Source: Gemmatimonadales bacterium
Lineage (GTDB): Bacteria; Gemmatimonadota; Gemmatimonadetes; Gemmatimonadales; GWC2-71-9
Direction: 5' to 3'
Assembly: GCA_039794085.1 (NCBI GenBank)
Contig: JBDIWC010000024.1
Location: 1-60,384, forward strand
Length of the DNA: 60,384 nucleotides
Shown here: positions 26,315 through 34,910 of the stretch, piece by piece
Position numbering within the stretch: the stretch's first letter is position 1
Layout of the letters: each line of letters begins with the position of its first letter
Position numbers and translations under genes: made by a program
The notes under the pieces: generated by a model
What the model saw: the letters and a program-made list of their open reading frames with translations, nothing else
The model's database searches: none
Told to the model about the DNA's origin: nothing

Positions 26315-29300
26315 CGCTCCCCTCCCGCCCGCCGACGCCCCGGAGGAGATCCGCTGGCTCTTCATCCGTCGCCCGATTGCGGCCGCGGTGGTGAGCATCG
26401 TGATCACCTTGCTCGGCGTCTTCACCCTGACCCGCCTCCCGGTGGCGCAGTACCCGTCGATCACGCCGCCATCGGTTCAGGTGACCGCACTCTTCCCCGG
26501 AGCCACCGCGGGCGACGTGGCCGAGGCGGTGGCGGCGCCGATCGAACAGCAGCTGGCGGGGCTCGACGGTCTCCTCTATTACAAGTCGATCAGCACCAGC
26601 AGCGGGGTGATGAGTCTCCAGCTCTTTTTCGACGTGGAACGCGACCCGGATCTCGCCGCCGTGGACGTGCAGAACGCGGTGAAGCTGGCCGAGCCGCAGT
26701 TGCCCGAGGAGGTGCGCCGCCAGGGGGTGGTGATCGCCAAGGCGCAGACCGACATCATGCTGGTGGCGTCGCTGGTGTCGGACGATCCCCAGTTCGATGC
26801 CACCTACCTGGCCAACTACGCCAAGCTCAACCTGATCGATGAAATCAAGCAGATCCCCGGGGTCGGAAGCGCGCGGGTGTTCGGCGACCTCGACTACACC
26901 ATGACGATCCGGCTCGATCCCGACCGCATGGCCCAGCTCGGCCTCACCGTGGGTGACATCCAGGCCGCGGTGCGCGAACAGAACGCCACCAACCCCGCCG
27001 GTCAATTGGGCCGGGAGCCGGCGCCCCCGGGCACCGAGATCACTCTTCCTGTCACCGCACTCGGCCGGCTCCGCACCCCGGCCGAGTTCGAGAATGTCAT
27101 CGTGCGCGCCGAGCCGAACGGCGCCATGCTTCGGGTCGGGGACGTGGGAACGGTGGAACTGGTGTCGCGGAATGCCGACCTCGCCGGCCGCCTGAACGGG
27201 AAGCCGACCACTCCGATGCTCGTCTTCCTCCGATCCGGCGCCAACCAGCTCGACGTGCGGAACGCCTTCGTGGCCCGGATGAACGAACTGGAGCGGAGCT
27301 TTCCCCCCGGAGTCGGGTGGGCCATCCCGTTCGACACGACCCCGTTCATCACGGCGTCGATCACCGAGGTGGTGAAGACGCTGGGGGAGGCGATGCTCCT
27401 CGTCACCCTGGTGGTGTTCCTCTTCCTGCAGAGCTGGCGCGCCACGCTGATCCCGATCCTCGCGGTGCCGGTGAGCGTGATCGGCACCTTCCTGGGCTTC
27501 ACGCTGCTCGGCTACTCGATCAACGTGCTCACCCTCTTCGGGCTGGTCCTCGCCATCGGCATCGTGGTGGACGACGCCATCGTGGTCATCGAGAACGTCG
27601 AGCGGATCATGGCGGAGGAGGGGGTTTCCGCCCGGGTGGCGGCCGACCGGGCGATGGGGCAGGTGGGGGGAGCCCTGGTGGCGATCGTGCTGGTGCTGAT
27701 GTCGGTGTTCATTCCGGTGGCGTTCCTGGGCGGGATCACGGGCACCATGCTGCAGCAGTTCGCCGTCACCCTGGTCATTTCCGTGGTGCTCTCCGGTGTC
27801 GTGGCACTGACCCTCACGCCGGCTCTCTGCGCCCTCCTCCTCAAGGAAGCCCAGGGACACAGCCCCAACCCCGTCTTTTCCCGCTTCAACCGGACCTTCG
27901 ATCGAATCACGGGAGGATATCTGAGTGGGGTGCGACTCTCCATCCGGCGGCCCCGGTCGGTGCTCGCCGTCTTCGCCGTGCTCCTCGCGCTGACCGCGGT
28001 GCTGGTGCGTCGCACCCCGACCGGGTTCCTGCCCAGCGAGGACAAGGGAATCCTCCTCGTCGTGGCCCAGTTGCCCGACGGCGCCTCCACCCAGCGCACC
28101 ACCCGGGTGGTGGAACAGATCGAGGCGTTTTTGCGGGAAGAGCCGGCCGTGGAGCGGTTCACGGCGCTGGTGGGGTTCAACTTCATCGCCGGGGCCAACC
28201 AGACCAACGGAGCCAGTATCTTCGCCACGCTGAAGCCGTGGGATGAACGCACCGCCCTGCACAGCGTCGACGCGATTCTCGGTCGACTCAACCGCAAGCT
28301 CGCAGGGATGCCCGATGCCATTGCCTTCGCCTTCAACCGGCCGGAAATCACCGGTCTCGGGGTCACCGCCGGTCTTGAGATCAACCTGCAGGCCCGTAGC
28401 GGGCAGGAGATTCCCGAGCTGGCCCGCCAGGTGGACGCCTTCGTGTCCGCGGCGGGGGAGTTGCCGGAGCTGGTTCAGGTGGGAACCACGTTCCGCTCGG
28501 AGGTTCCCCAACTCTATCTGCATGTGGACCGCGAGGCGGCCAAGGCGCGGGGCGTGGCCCTGCCCGATCTCTTCGGCACCCTCCAGGCGATGCTCTCCTC
28601 GGTCTACATCAACGACTTCAACATGGCGGGCCGGACCTTCCGGGTGCAGGCCGAGGCGGAGTCGCGGTTCCGGCAGACGCCCGAGGACATCGGCCGGATC
28701 CAGATCCGAAGCACCTACGGCGAGATGATCCCCCTCTCGGCCCTGACCCGTGCCGAATTCCAGGCGGCGCCGAGCATCCTCACCCGGTTCAACGGATTCA
28801 CGTCTGCCATGATCACCGGGACGGCGCCGGAAGGAGTGAGCTCCGGCGCGGTGCTCGATGCGGTGGAGCAGCTGATGGCGGAGCGGTTCGAACCGGAGGG
28901 GATCGGGTACGCCTACAGCGGCCAGAGCTATCAGGAACGCGCCTCCAGCGGAGAGGCGGGACTGGTCTTTGTCCTGGGCCTCGTGCTTGTCTTTCTGGTG
29001 CTCGCCGCGCAGTATGAAAGCTGGGCGATTCCCTTCGCCGTCATCCTGGGGATTCCCTTCGGCGTGTTCGGCGCCTTTCTCGGCGCCACGGTACGGGGCT
29101 TCCCCAGCGACATCTATTTCCAGGTCGGGCTTCTGACCGTGGCGGGACTCGCCGCCAAGAACGCGATCCTCATCGTGGAGTTCGCTTCGGCAGCACACCG
29201 GCGAGGGGCCTCCCTGGCGGAGGCCACCCTGCAGGCGGCCCGGGACCGGTTCCGTCCCATTCTCATGACCTCCTTCGCCTTCATCCTCGGCGTCCTGCCG

Positions 29301-29480
29301 CTGGTGATCGCCAGCGGGGCCGGCGCCAAGAGCCGCCACTCCCTGGGCACCGCGGTGTTCAGCGGCATGCTCGTCGCCACCACGGTCGGCATCTTTTTCA
29401 TCCCGCTCTTTTTCCATGTCATCCGGACCATTGCCGATCGGGCACGCACCCGGCCGGCCACCCTGGACCAAACCCCATGA
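26307..29480 (+). CDS. RND efflux permease (HAE1, AcrB/MexB-like)
   Basis: FIRRPIAA, LPVAQYPSITPP, GIVVDDAIVVIENVER, AKNAILIVEFA, RFRPILMTS; 1057 aa. Confidence 0.97.
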   Translation: MSNAPLPPADAPEEIRWLFIRRPIAAAVVSIVITLLGVFTLTRLPVAQYPSITPPSVQVTALFPGATAGDVAEAVAAPIEQQLAGLDGLLYYKSISTSSGVMSLQLFFDVERDPDLAAVDVQNAVKLAEPQLPEEVRRQGVVIAKAQTDIMLVASLVSDDPQFDATYLANYAKLNLIDEIKQIPGVGSARVFGDLDYTMTIRLDPDRMAQLGLTVGDIQAAVREQNATNPAGQLGREPAPPGTEITLPVTALGRLRTPAEFENVIVRAEPNGAMLRVGDVGTVELVSRNADLAGRLNGKPTTPMLVFLRSGANQLDVRNAFVARMNELERSFPPGVGWAIPFDTTPFITASITEVVKTLGEAMLLVTLVVFLFLQSWRATLIPILAVPVSVIGTFLGFTLLGYSINVLTLFGLVLAIGIVVDDAIVVIENVERIMAEEGVSARVAADRAMGQVGGALVAIVLVLMSVFIPVAFLGGITGTMLQQFAVTLVISVVLSGVVALTLTPALCALLLKEAQGHSPNPVFSRFNRTFDRITGGYLSGVRLSIRRPRSVLAVFAVLLALTAVLVRRTPTGFLPSEDKGILLVVAQLPDGASTQRTTRVVEQIEAFLREEPAVERFTALVGFNFIAGANQTNGASIFATLKPWDERTALHSVDAILGRLNRKLAGMPDAIAFAFNRPEITGLGVTAGLEINLQARSGQEIPELARQVDAFVSAAGELPELVQVGTTFRSEVPQLYLHVDREAAKARGVALPDLFGTLQAMLSSVYINDFNMAGRTFRVQAEAESRFRQTPEDIGRIQIRSTYGEMIPLSALTRAEFQAAPSILTRFNGFTSAMITGTAPEGVSSGAVLDAVEQLMAERFEPEGIGYAYSGQSYQERASSGEAGLVFVLGLVLVFLVLAAQYESWAIPFAVILGIPFGVFGAFLGATVRGFPSDIYFQVGLLTVAGLAAKNAILIVEFASAAHRRGASLAEATLQAARDRFRPILMTSFAFILGVLPLVIASGAGAKSRHSLGTAVFSGMLVATTVGIFFIPLFFHVIRTIADRARTRPATLDQTP

Positions 29481-30934
29481 TGCGCATTCGATCGTTTTCT
29501 CTCGTCCTCCTCGCCCTGGTCCCGGCCTGCGCCGTGGGTCCGTCGCCCAATCGCCCCGCTCCGGAGACAGGTCAACTCGCCACGGGAGCCGGCGGGCGGG
29601 ACAGCATCCGGACCTTCTTCGATTCGCTCGCGGCCAGCCGGACAGGGACCGACACCCCGGCGCCTGCTCCGGTCCAGCTCACGGCCGACACAAGTGGTAC
29701 CATGGCCTGGCTCTCCCTCTTCAACGACCCCGCCCTCACGTCCCTGGTTCAGGCCGCGCTGGAGGAGAACCGCGACGTGGCCGTGGCCCGCGCCCGGATT
29801 CGCGAGTTCCGCGCCCAGGTGGGCGTGGCCCGGTCCGATCTCTTCCCCCAGCTCACCGGAAACGCGTCTGTCGCCAGTCAGCAGATCGTCTTCGGTGCGC
29901 TCGGCAATTCGCAGTTCGAGGCGTACCGCCTGACGGCCGATCTCGCCTGGGAGCTTGATTTCTGGGGGAAGATCCGCCGCGGCACCCAGGCGGCGCAGTT
30001 CGACCTCGGCGCGCGCGACGCCGACCTCCAAGCCACCATCCTGACCCTGGTGAGCGACGTGGCCCGGGTCTACCTCGAGCTTCGCGAGGCCGACGCCAAC
30101 CGGGCCATCGCCGAGCGGACCCTGGCGTCGCGACGGGAAACGCTGCGGATCGCGCGGGAGCGCTTTGCCCAGGGTGTCACCTCGGAGCTCGACGTCCGGC
30201 AATTCGAGTCACAGCTCGCCGCCCCGGCCACGGCGCTCGCGGAACTCACCCGGCAGATCGCCCAGAAGGAGCACGAAATGAGTCTCCTGCTGGGCCGGCG
30301 TCCCGGGGAGATCCCTCGGGGCATGCCGCTGGAACAGGCAGTGAGGGGGATTACCCTCCCCGATTCGGTGCCGGCCCGTTTGATCGAGCGCCGCCCCGAC
30401 GTGCTCCGGGCCATGGAGGAGCGGAACGCCGCCCGGGCCCGCATTGGCGTGGCGGTGGGCAACCGGCTTCCCCGGTTCTTTCTCACCGGGCAGTATGGCC
30501 GCCAGGGCGACAAGCTGAGCAACGTGTTCGAGGACAAGAAGGAGATCTTCACCGCACTTGCGGGCGTTTCCATCCCGTTGTTCACCGGAGGCAGGCTCGA
30601 GAATCAGCAGCGCGCCGCCCAGGCCCGGGCGGAGCAGGCCGACATCGCGCATGAACGGGTGGTGCTCACGGCATTGCGCGAGGTGAGCGACGCGCTGGTC
30701 GGGATCCGTACCCTGGCCGATCAGGTCACAGCGCAGCAGGTGCAGGTGGATGCGCTCCGGCGGGCGCTGGAGCTGTCCGACCAGCGGTACCTGGCGGGAG
30801 TGGCGAACTGGCTGGAGGTGCTGGAGTCGCAAAGGAGCCTGTTCGGCGCGGAGATCGCGCTCACGCAATCCCGGAGGGCGTGGCTCGCCTCGGCGGTGCA
30901 ACTCTACAAGGCGCTGGGCGGGAGCTGGAACTAG
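29477..30934 (+). CDS. Outer-membrane efflux lipoprotein (OprM/NodT)
   Basis: ACAVGP lipobox, WELDFWGKIRR, LIERRPDV, LYKALGGSW. Confidence 0.95.
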   Translation: MMRIRSFSLVLLALVPACAVGPSPNRPAPETGQLATGAGGRDSIRTFFDSLAASRTGTDTPAPAPVQLTADTSGTMAWLSLFNDPALTSLVQAALEENRDVAVARARIREFRAQVGVARSDLFPQLTGNASVASQQIVFGALGNSQFEAYRLTADLAWELDFWGKIRRGTQAAQFDLGARDADLQATILTLVSDVARVYLELREADANRAIAERTLASRRETLRIARERFAQGVTSELDVRQFESQLAAPATALAELTRQIAQKEHEMSLLLGRRPGEIPRGMPLEQAVRGITLPDSVPARLIERRPDVLRAMEERNAARARIGVAVGNRLPRFFLTGQYGRQGDKLSNVFEDKKEIFTALAGVSIPLFTGGRLENQQRAAQARAEQADIAHERVVLTALREVSDALVGIRTLADQVTAQQVQVDALRRALELSDQRYLAGVANWLEVLESQRSLFGAEIALTQSRRAWLASAVQLYKALGGSWN

Positions 30935-31143
30935 GCGATAGGCGGTAGGCGATAGGCGGTAGGGGTGCTGGGTGTCGGGTGTTGGGTGTTGGGAACTGCG
31001 GGGGGCGGGCCCATTACCCAGTACCCAATACCCAGAACCCGGGGTGTTGGGGCTGTAGGCAGGAGGCAATCGGCCTGCACACGGAACGTCACCCCGGCGG
31101 ACGCCGGGGTCCAGTGCGCAGGGCGGTCCACGGACCGCCCGTA
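30932..31143. repeat. Heptamer repeats (TAGGCGR, GGGTGTY) and REP palindromes
   Basis: TAGGCGATAGGCGGTAGGCGATAGGCGG; GTCACCCCGGCGGACGCCGGGGTCCA; GGGCGGTCCACGGACCGCCC. Confidence 0.75.
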
Positions 31144-31256
31144 CATTGGCAGCCGACAGAATGACGGCGATGCTGCCGCGTAAAAACGGCCTATCCGTGT
31201 GGAGAAATGGTGACATGGTTTCTCTCCTGGCTGGTATCTTATTGCCATGGCACGCA

Positions 31257-31285
31257 TTGACAATAGTGCTAGCAACGCCTACAAT
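31257..31285 (+). promoter_or_regulatory. Near-consensus sigma70 promoter, probably giving a leaderless transcript
   Basis: TTGACA-N17-TACAAT, 6 nt before ATG 31292; TGCTAGCA palindrome in the spacer. Confidence 0.75.
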
Positions 31286-31291
31286 GCTGTC

Positions 31292-31582
31292 ATGGCGACG
31301 ATCACGGTGCGCAACCTCCCCGACGAAGTCCACGCGGCGCTGCGCGTGCGCGCGGCGCGGAACGGCCGGAGCATGGAGGCGGAGGTGCGGGAGATTCTGG
31401 CGGGGATGGCCACGCAAGGCACGGGAACGCTCACACCGGCTGAGCTGCAGGCCCGCGCCGCCAAACGATATCGCCACATCCCGCCCGGTGTTTCCGCTGT
31501 TGATGAGCTCATCGCCGAGCGGCGGCGGGAGTTCCTGAAAGAGGAGGAAGAGTATCTGCTCCGGAAGCGAAGCCCGCCATGA
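31292..31582 (+). CDS. FitA-like ribbon-helix-helix antitoxin
   Basis: MATITVRNLPDEVHAALRVRAARNGRSMEAEVREIL...SAVDELIAERRRE. Confidence 0.9.
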   Translation: MATITVRNLPDEVHAALRVRAARNGRSMEAEVREILAGMATQGTGTLTPAELQARAAKRYRHIPPGVSAVDELIAERRREFLKEEEEYLLRKRSPP

Positions 31583-31956
31583 TCGCTCTCGATGCGTCGG
31601 CTCTGTTGGCCTTCCTGCGTCGGGAACCCGGCCAGGCGCGCGTCGCGGCAGCGCTCTCTGACGGCCTCCTCTCAACAGTCAATCTGATCGAGGTCCTGAG
31701 CGTGGAAGCCCGCGAGGGAGTCAACCCGAAGCTGTTGCTCGCGGACCTCCTGGAAACGTCGCTGACTTTCACGTCGCTGTCCGTCCCGGAGGCCCTGCTG
31801 GCAGCCGAGCTTTTTGAACCGACCCGGCCCTTCGGCCTCTCCCTCGGCGACCGCGCCTGCCTGGCTACCGCCATCACCCGCGGTATTCCCGTCCTCACCG
31901 CCGATCAGGCGTGGAAAGAGTTGGATGTGGGGGTGGAGGTGGAGATGGTGAGGTAA
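31579..31956 (+). CDS. vapC: VapC PIN-domain toxin
   Basis: LDASALLAFL...STVNLIEV...GLSLGDRACLA...VLTAD. Confidence 0.92.
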   Translation: MIALDASALLAFLRREPGQARVAAALSDGLLSTVNLIEVLSVEAREGVNPKLLLADLLETSLTFTSLSVPEALLAAELFEPTRPFGLSLGDRACLATAITRGIPVLTADQAWKELDVGVEVEMVR

Positions 31957-31984
31957 GCAGTGTCAGGGCGCACCACGCTGCGCG

Positions 31985-32160
31985 CCAGGGGCGACGCATG
32001 CGTCGCCCTTGGCGGTAGGCGGGTAGGGGCTCGGCCAGCACGCCGAACGTCACCCCGGCGGACGCCGGGGTCCATTGCGCAGGGCGGTCCACGGACCGCC
32101 CCTGGGGCGGCCCGTGGGCCGCCCCGGATAATAGGCACGGAACGTCACCCCGGCGAACGC
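31985..32160. repeat. REP palindrome cluster
   Basis: GGGCGACGCATGCGTCGCCC, GTCACCCCGGCGGACGCCGGGGTCCA, GGGCGGTCCACGGACCGCCC, GGGGCGGCCCGTGGGCCGCCCC. Confidence 0.75.
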
Positions 32161-32187
32161 GCAAATGGTTCCCGCTCAGGAGGCGGA

Positions 32188-32631
32188 TCACGGAACCACG
32201 ACAAGGGGCATCCATCCCGTTGCGCCGGTGGGGGCCACTCGTGCCCGCAAGTCGACCGTCGCCGGCCGGACCCCTCGGACCCATGCGGTGGTGTCGGACG
32301 TCACCAGGATCGACACAGCACTGTCGGGCCGAGGTTCGTATGTGACGACAAAGGCGACCCCGGGGAAGCAGGAAGCGAACGACGAAATCGGGCGGGCCAG
32401 GACGTGGACGGAGTCCCCGACAGCGATGGTATCCGCCGACAAGGTCAGCCCGATGAAGCTTCCGAAGCATGAGTCGTTGGGGGGAGGGGGGAACGTGGGG
32501 TTGCCGCCGCACGCCGCGAGGAGACCAGCACTAACCAGGATCCCTCTCGCCCCGGCGATCGCACGGGCTGGGTGGAGCCAAGGACGCGGCACCCCACCGC
32601 CCGGATCCCGCATCAGGGGGAGTGACAACAT
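32188..32631 (-). CDS. Hypothetical lipoprotein, beta-rich (Ig-like?), paralog 2
   Basis: LLAACGG lipobox; N-terminus nearly identical to 32766-33215, mature part divergent. Confidence 0.55.
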   Translation of the reverse strand: MLSLPLMRDPGGGVPRPWLHPARAIAGARGILVSAGLLAACGGNPTFPPPPNDSCFGSFIGLTLSADTIAVGDSVHVLARPISSFASCFPGVAFVVTYEPRPDSAVSILVTSDTTAWVRGVRPATVDLRARVAPTGATGWMPLVVVP

Positions 32632-33276
32632 CAGAGACCTCCCTGGTTGTAGAGATTGAAGAGCCAGAGCTGGGCGGAAGAATGCCTTGTTCCTGGCCGA
32701 CCGACCAGTGGCGAATTACCTCTGCCCGTGACCGGTGTTCTGCCTGGCCCCCGGCTGGACGCCTGTCAGTTCGGCGGCCGAACCACGAGAGTCATCAACC
32801 CGGAGATTCCGCTGGTGACCCGGGCAAAGATCGCGACCGTGCCCACCGCGACGCCACGTACCCATACACTGGTGTCCGAATCGGCGGAGAGAACGACTGC
32901 ACTGTCGGGTCGGGCTTCCCAGCCAACCACAAAGGGCACCCCCGAATGGCAGGACGTGAACGCCGGAGTAGGGAGTGCCACCACATGGACCGAGTCACCC
33001 ACTGGAACTGTATCCGTCAGAGACCTTACGGCCACGGGGGTGCCGAGACATGTGTCGTTGGTGGGAAGCGGAAGCTCAGCAGGGTTTCCGCCGCACGCCG
33101 CGATGAGGCCCGCAATAACCAGGATCCCTCTCGCCCCGACGATCGCACGGGCTGGATGGAGCCGAGGACGCGGCACCCCACCGCCCGGATCCCGCATCAG
33201 GGGGAGGGACAACATCAGAGACCTCCCTGGTTGTAGAGATTGAAGAGCCAGAGCTGGCGGAAGTAGGCCTTGTTCC
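32498..33276. repeat. ~195-bp direct repeat (32498-32693 and 33082-33276)
   Basis: Covers the 3' end of the metalloprotease gene and the 5' end of the lipoprotein gene. Confidence 0.9.
32766..33215 (-). CDS. Hypothetical lipoprotein, beta-rich (Ig-like?), paralog 1
   Basis: LIAACGG lipobox; start overlaps the upstream stop (TGATG). Confidence 0.6.
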   Translation of the reverse strand: MLSLPLMRDPGGGVPRPRLHPARAIVGARGILVIAGLIAACGGNPAELPLPTNDTCLGTPVAVRSLTDTVPVGDSVHVVALPTPAFTSCHSGVPFVVGWEARPDSAVVLSADSDTSVWVRGVAVGTVAIFARVTSGISGLMTLVVRPPN

Positions 33277-34320
33277 AGGTTGGCGGAAGCGTGGCCGACA
33301 CCGTGATCTGGTTGTACAGCCTGCCGGTGGCGAAGTACCGTTGCCCCGTGGCCGGGTTGATCGCTGTCTGCGGATCGAAGGGCGGGGAGATGTCGGGAGT
33401 GTCAAGGCAATAAATGAACTGGTCGATGCCCCCCAGCTTCGTGTCCCAGAGCCCGGTGGACGCGTCCTTCAATGCACATGATTGGAGGACCTGGACGATG
33501 AGGTTACCTGGCCAGGTCACCTGATCATCATCCGGCCCAGTCTCGTTCTGAGGACCATTGGGATCAGAGGATCCGTCTACCAGGTCGTAGAGGAATCCCG
33601 AAACGGCTCCCTCCACAATCGAGCCATTTCCGATAATCCTCTCGTCGTTTTTCTCTGCCTGCCAATCCGAATACCTCAGGTTCTGGAAGATCTTGCTGCC
33701 ACCGACCCATGCCGAGAAGAAATCAGCGAATCCCTCGGTAAGAGCGCAGGTCAAAGTGGTCAGGCTATCCACGTGATGCGGATTGGGGCAACCTGTGGGG
33801 AGCTGCCACTTTTCTATGCCCACATACTGGAAGCCATGGCCGTACTCGTGCAGTGCCACAAAAACCCCATCCTCCCCGAACGCCCCGGGGTCCTTCATCA
33901 GAACAACCTCGGTGGAGCATCCGAAGTCGGGATGGCAGTAGCTGATATCAACATCGGGATCATTGGGGATATCGGACGCCCAGATCAGCATGCTGGACCG
34001 GGAGTGTCCGAACTTGTTGAACGCTTGGGGAACAAACTCCTCCACGATCGAGAATGCACTGTGAACTGCACTCCCGTGGCTTGGACTCGGCCAGCCAGCC
34101 GGGCGGTAATCGCGACCGGCTCCCCCGGCCGGAGGGATCCGGTGGCGGTCAGCTCGATGTCGGCGAAGGGGACGGTGGGATGTTCGATGGGGCGCTCGCC
34201 CCGGCCAGTGGCTGCCACACCCACCAGCGGCTGGGTGCCGGTCCCGTCGGGTCCCGTCGATTCAGGAAAGCATCCAGCCACTACGACCGCAAGGAGCGCA
34301 AGCCCCGCCAGGGGCCTCAA
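33215..34320 (-). pseudogene. Zinc metalloprotease lipoprotein split over two frames (probable internal deletion)
   Basis: 5' piece MRPLAGLALLAVVVAGC (33985-34320); 3' piece with HEYGH...EGFADF gluzincin-like motifs (33215-34045). Confidence 0.6.
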
Positions 34321-34364
34321 AACCAGCGACGTCCAGCGTCCAGATCCGGTCCCGGCAGCCGGTC

Positions 34365-34418
34365 GGGGCGGCGGGGCGGCGGGGCGGCGGGGCGGCGGGG
34401 CGGCGGGGCGGCGGGGCG
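34365..34418. repeat. Octamer tandem repeat (GGGGCGGC)6+
   Basis: Six full copies and one partial copy. Confidence 0.95.
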
Positions 34419-34624
34419 AATGAAATCACAGGCACCTCATCAAGGTTGGAGTTGTTCCAACAGTACAGAGAATCACTTGTACTGTCAAGAACATATCGCC
34501 GAGATATAAATTACTATTTTTCAATCTGGGCTATCACCACCGTGGTTCCCTTCAATCTGCTCGCCCGGCGGCCCCCGCGCCGTGCGCCAGGTCACAGCCC
34601 GCTCCTCATTCACCCGGGGATGTG

Positions 34625-34910
34625 TGGTAGGCGGTACGCGGTAGGTGGCAGGCGATAGGGGAATCCGGCGCTTCAGCGCGGTGCACCGAGAGGCGCTTCG
34701 CGCGGGGCGTGGGCCGCCCTGGAATCACGGGTGGGGTCCAGTGTAGGGGCGGCCCGTGGACCGCCCGGAAGTCAGGACAGGTCCGGCGTAGGGGCACCCC
34801 TTGTGGGTCCCCTTGTGGGTGCCCGCTCACAGGCGATAAGCGTTAGGCGATCGGGCCTGCACGCGGGACGTCACCCCGGCGAACGCCGGGGTCCACGGAC
34901 CGCCCCTACG
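34625..34910. repeat. Cluster of GTAG-type and GTCACCCCGGC REP palindromes
   Basis: GTAGGGGCGGCCCGTGGACCGCCC, GTAGGGGCACCCCTTGTGGGTCCCCT, GTCACCCCGGCGAACGCCGGGGTCCA. Confidence 0.75.

Noticed and set aside
25854..29471. Long antisense ORFs (also 3311-5557, 7146-9071, 9569-11629, 35433-37865, 39373-41142, most of 56939-59239)
   Set aside because: Shadow frames of well-supported genes in high-GC DNA, with no motifs of their own.
32498..33276. DGR template/variable repeat pair served by the RT
   Set aside because: Mismatches are not adenine-specific, the repeat covers a gene junction, it lies ~19 kb from the RT, and the RT has retron motifs.
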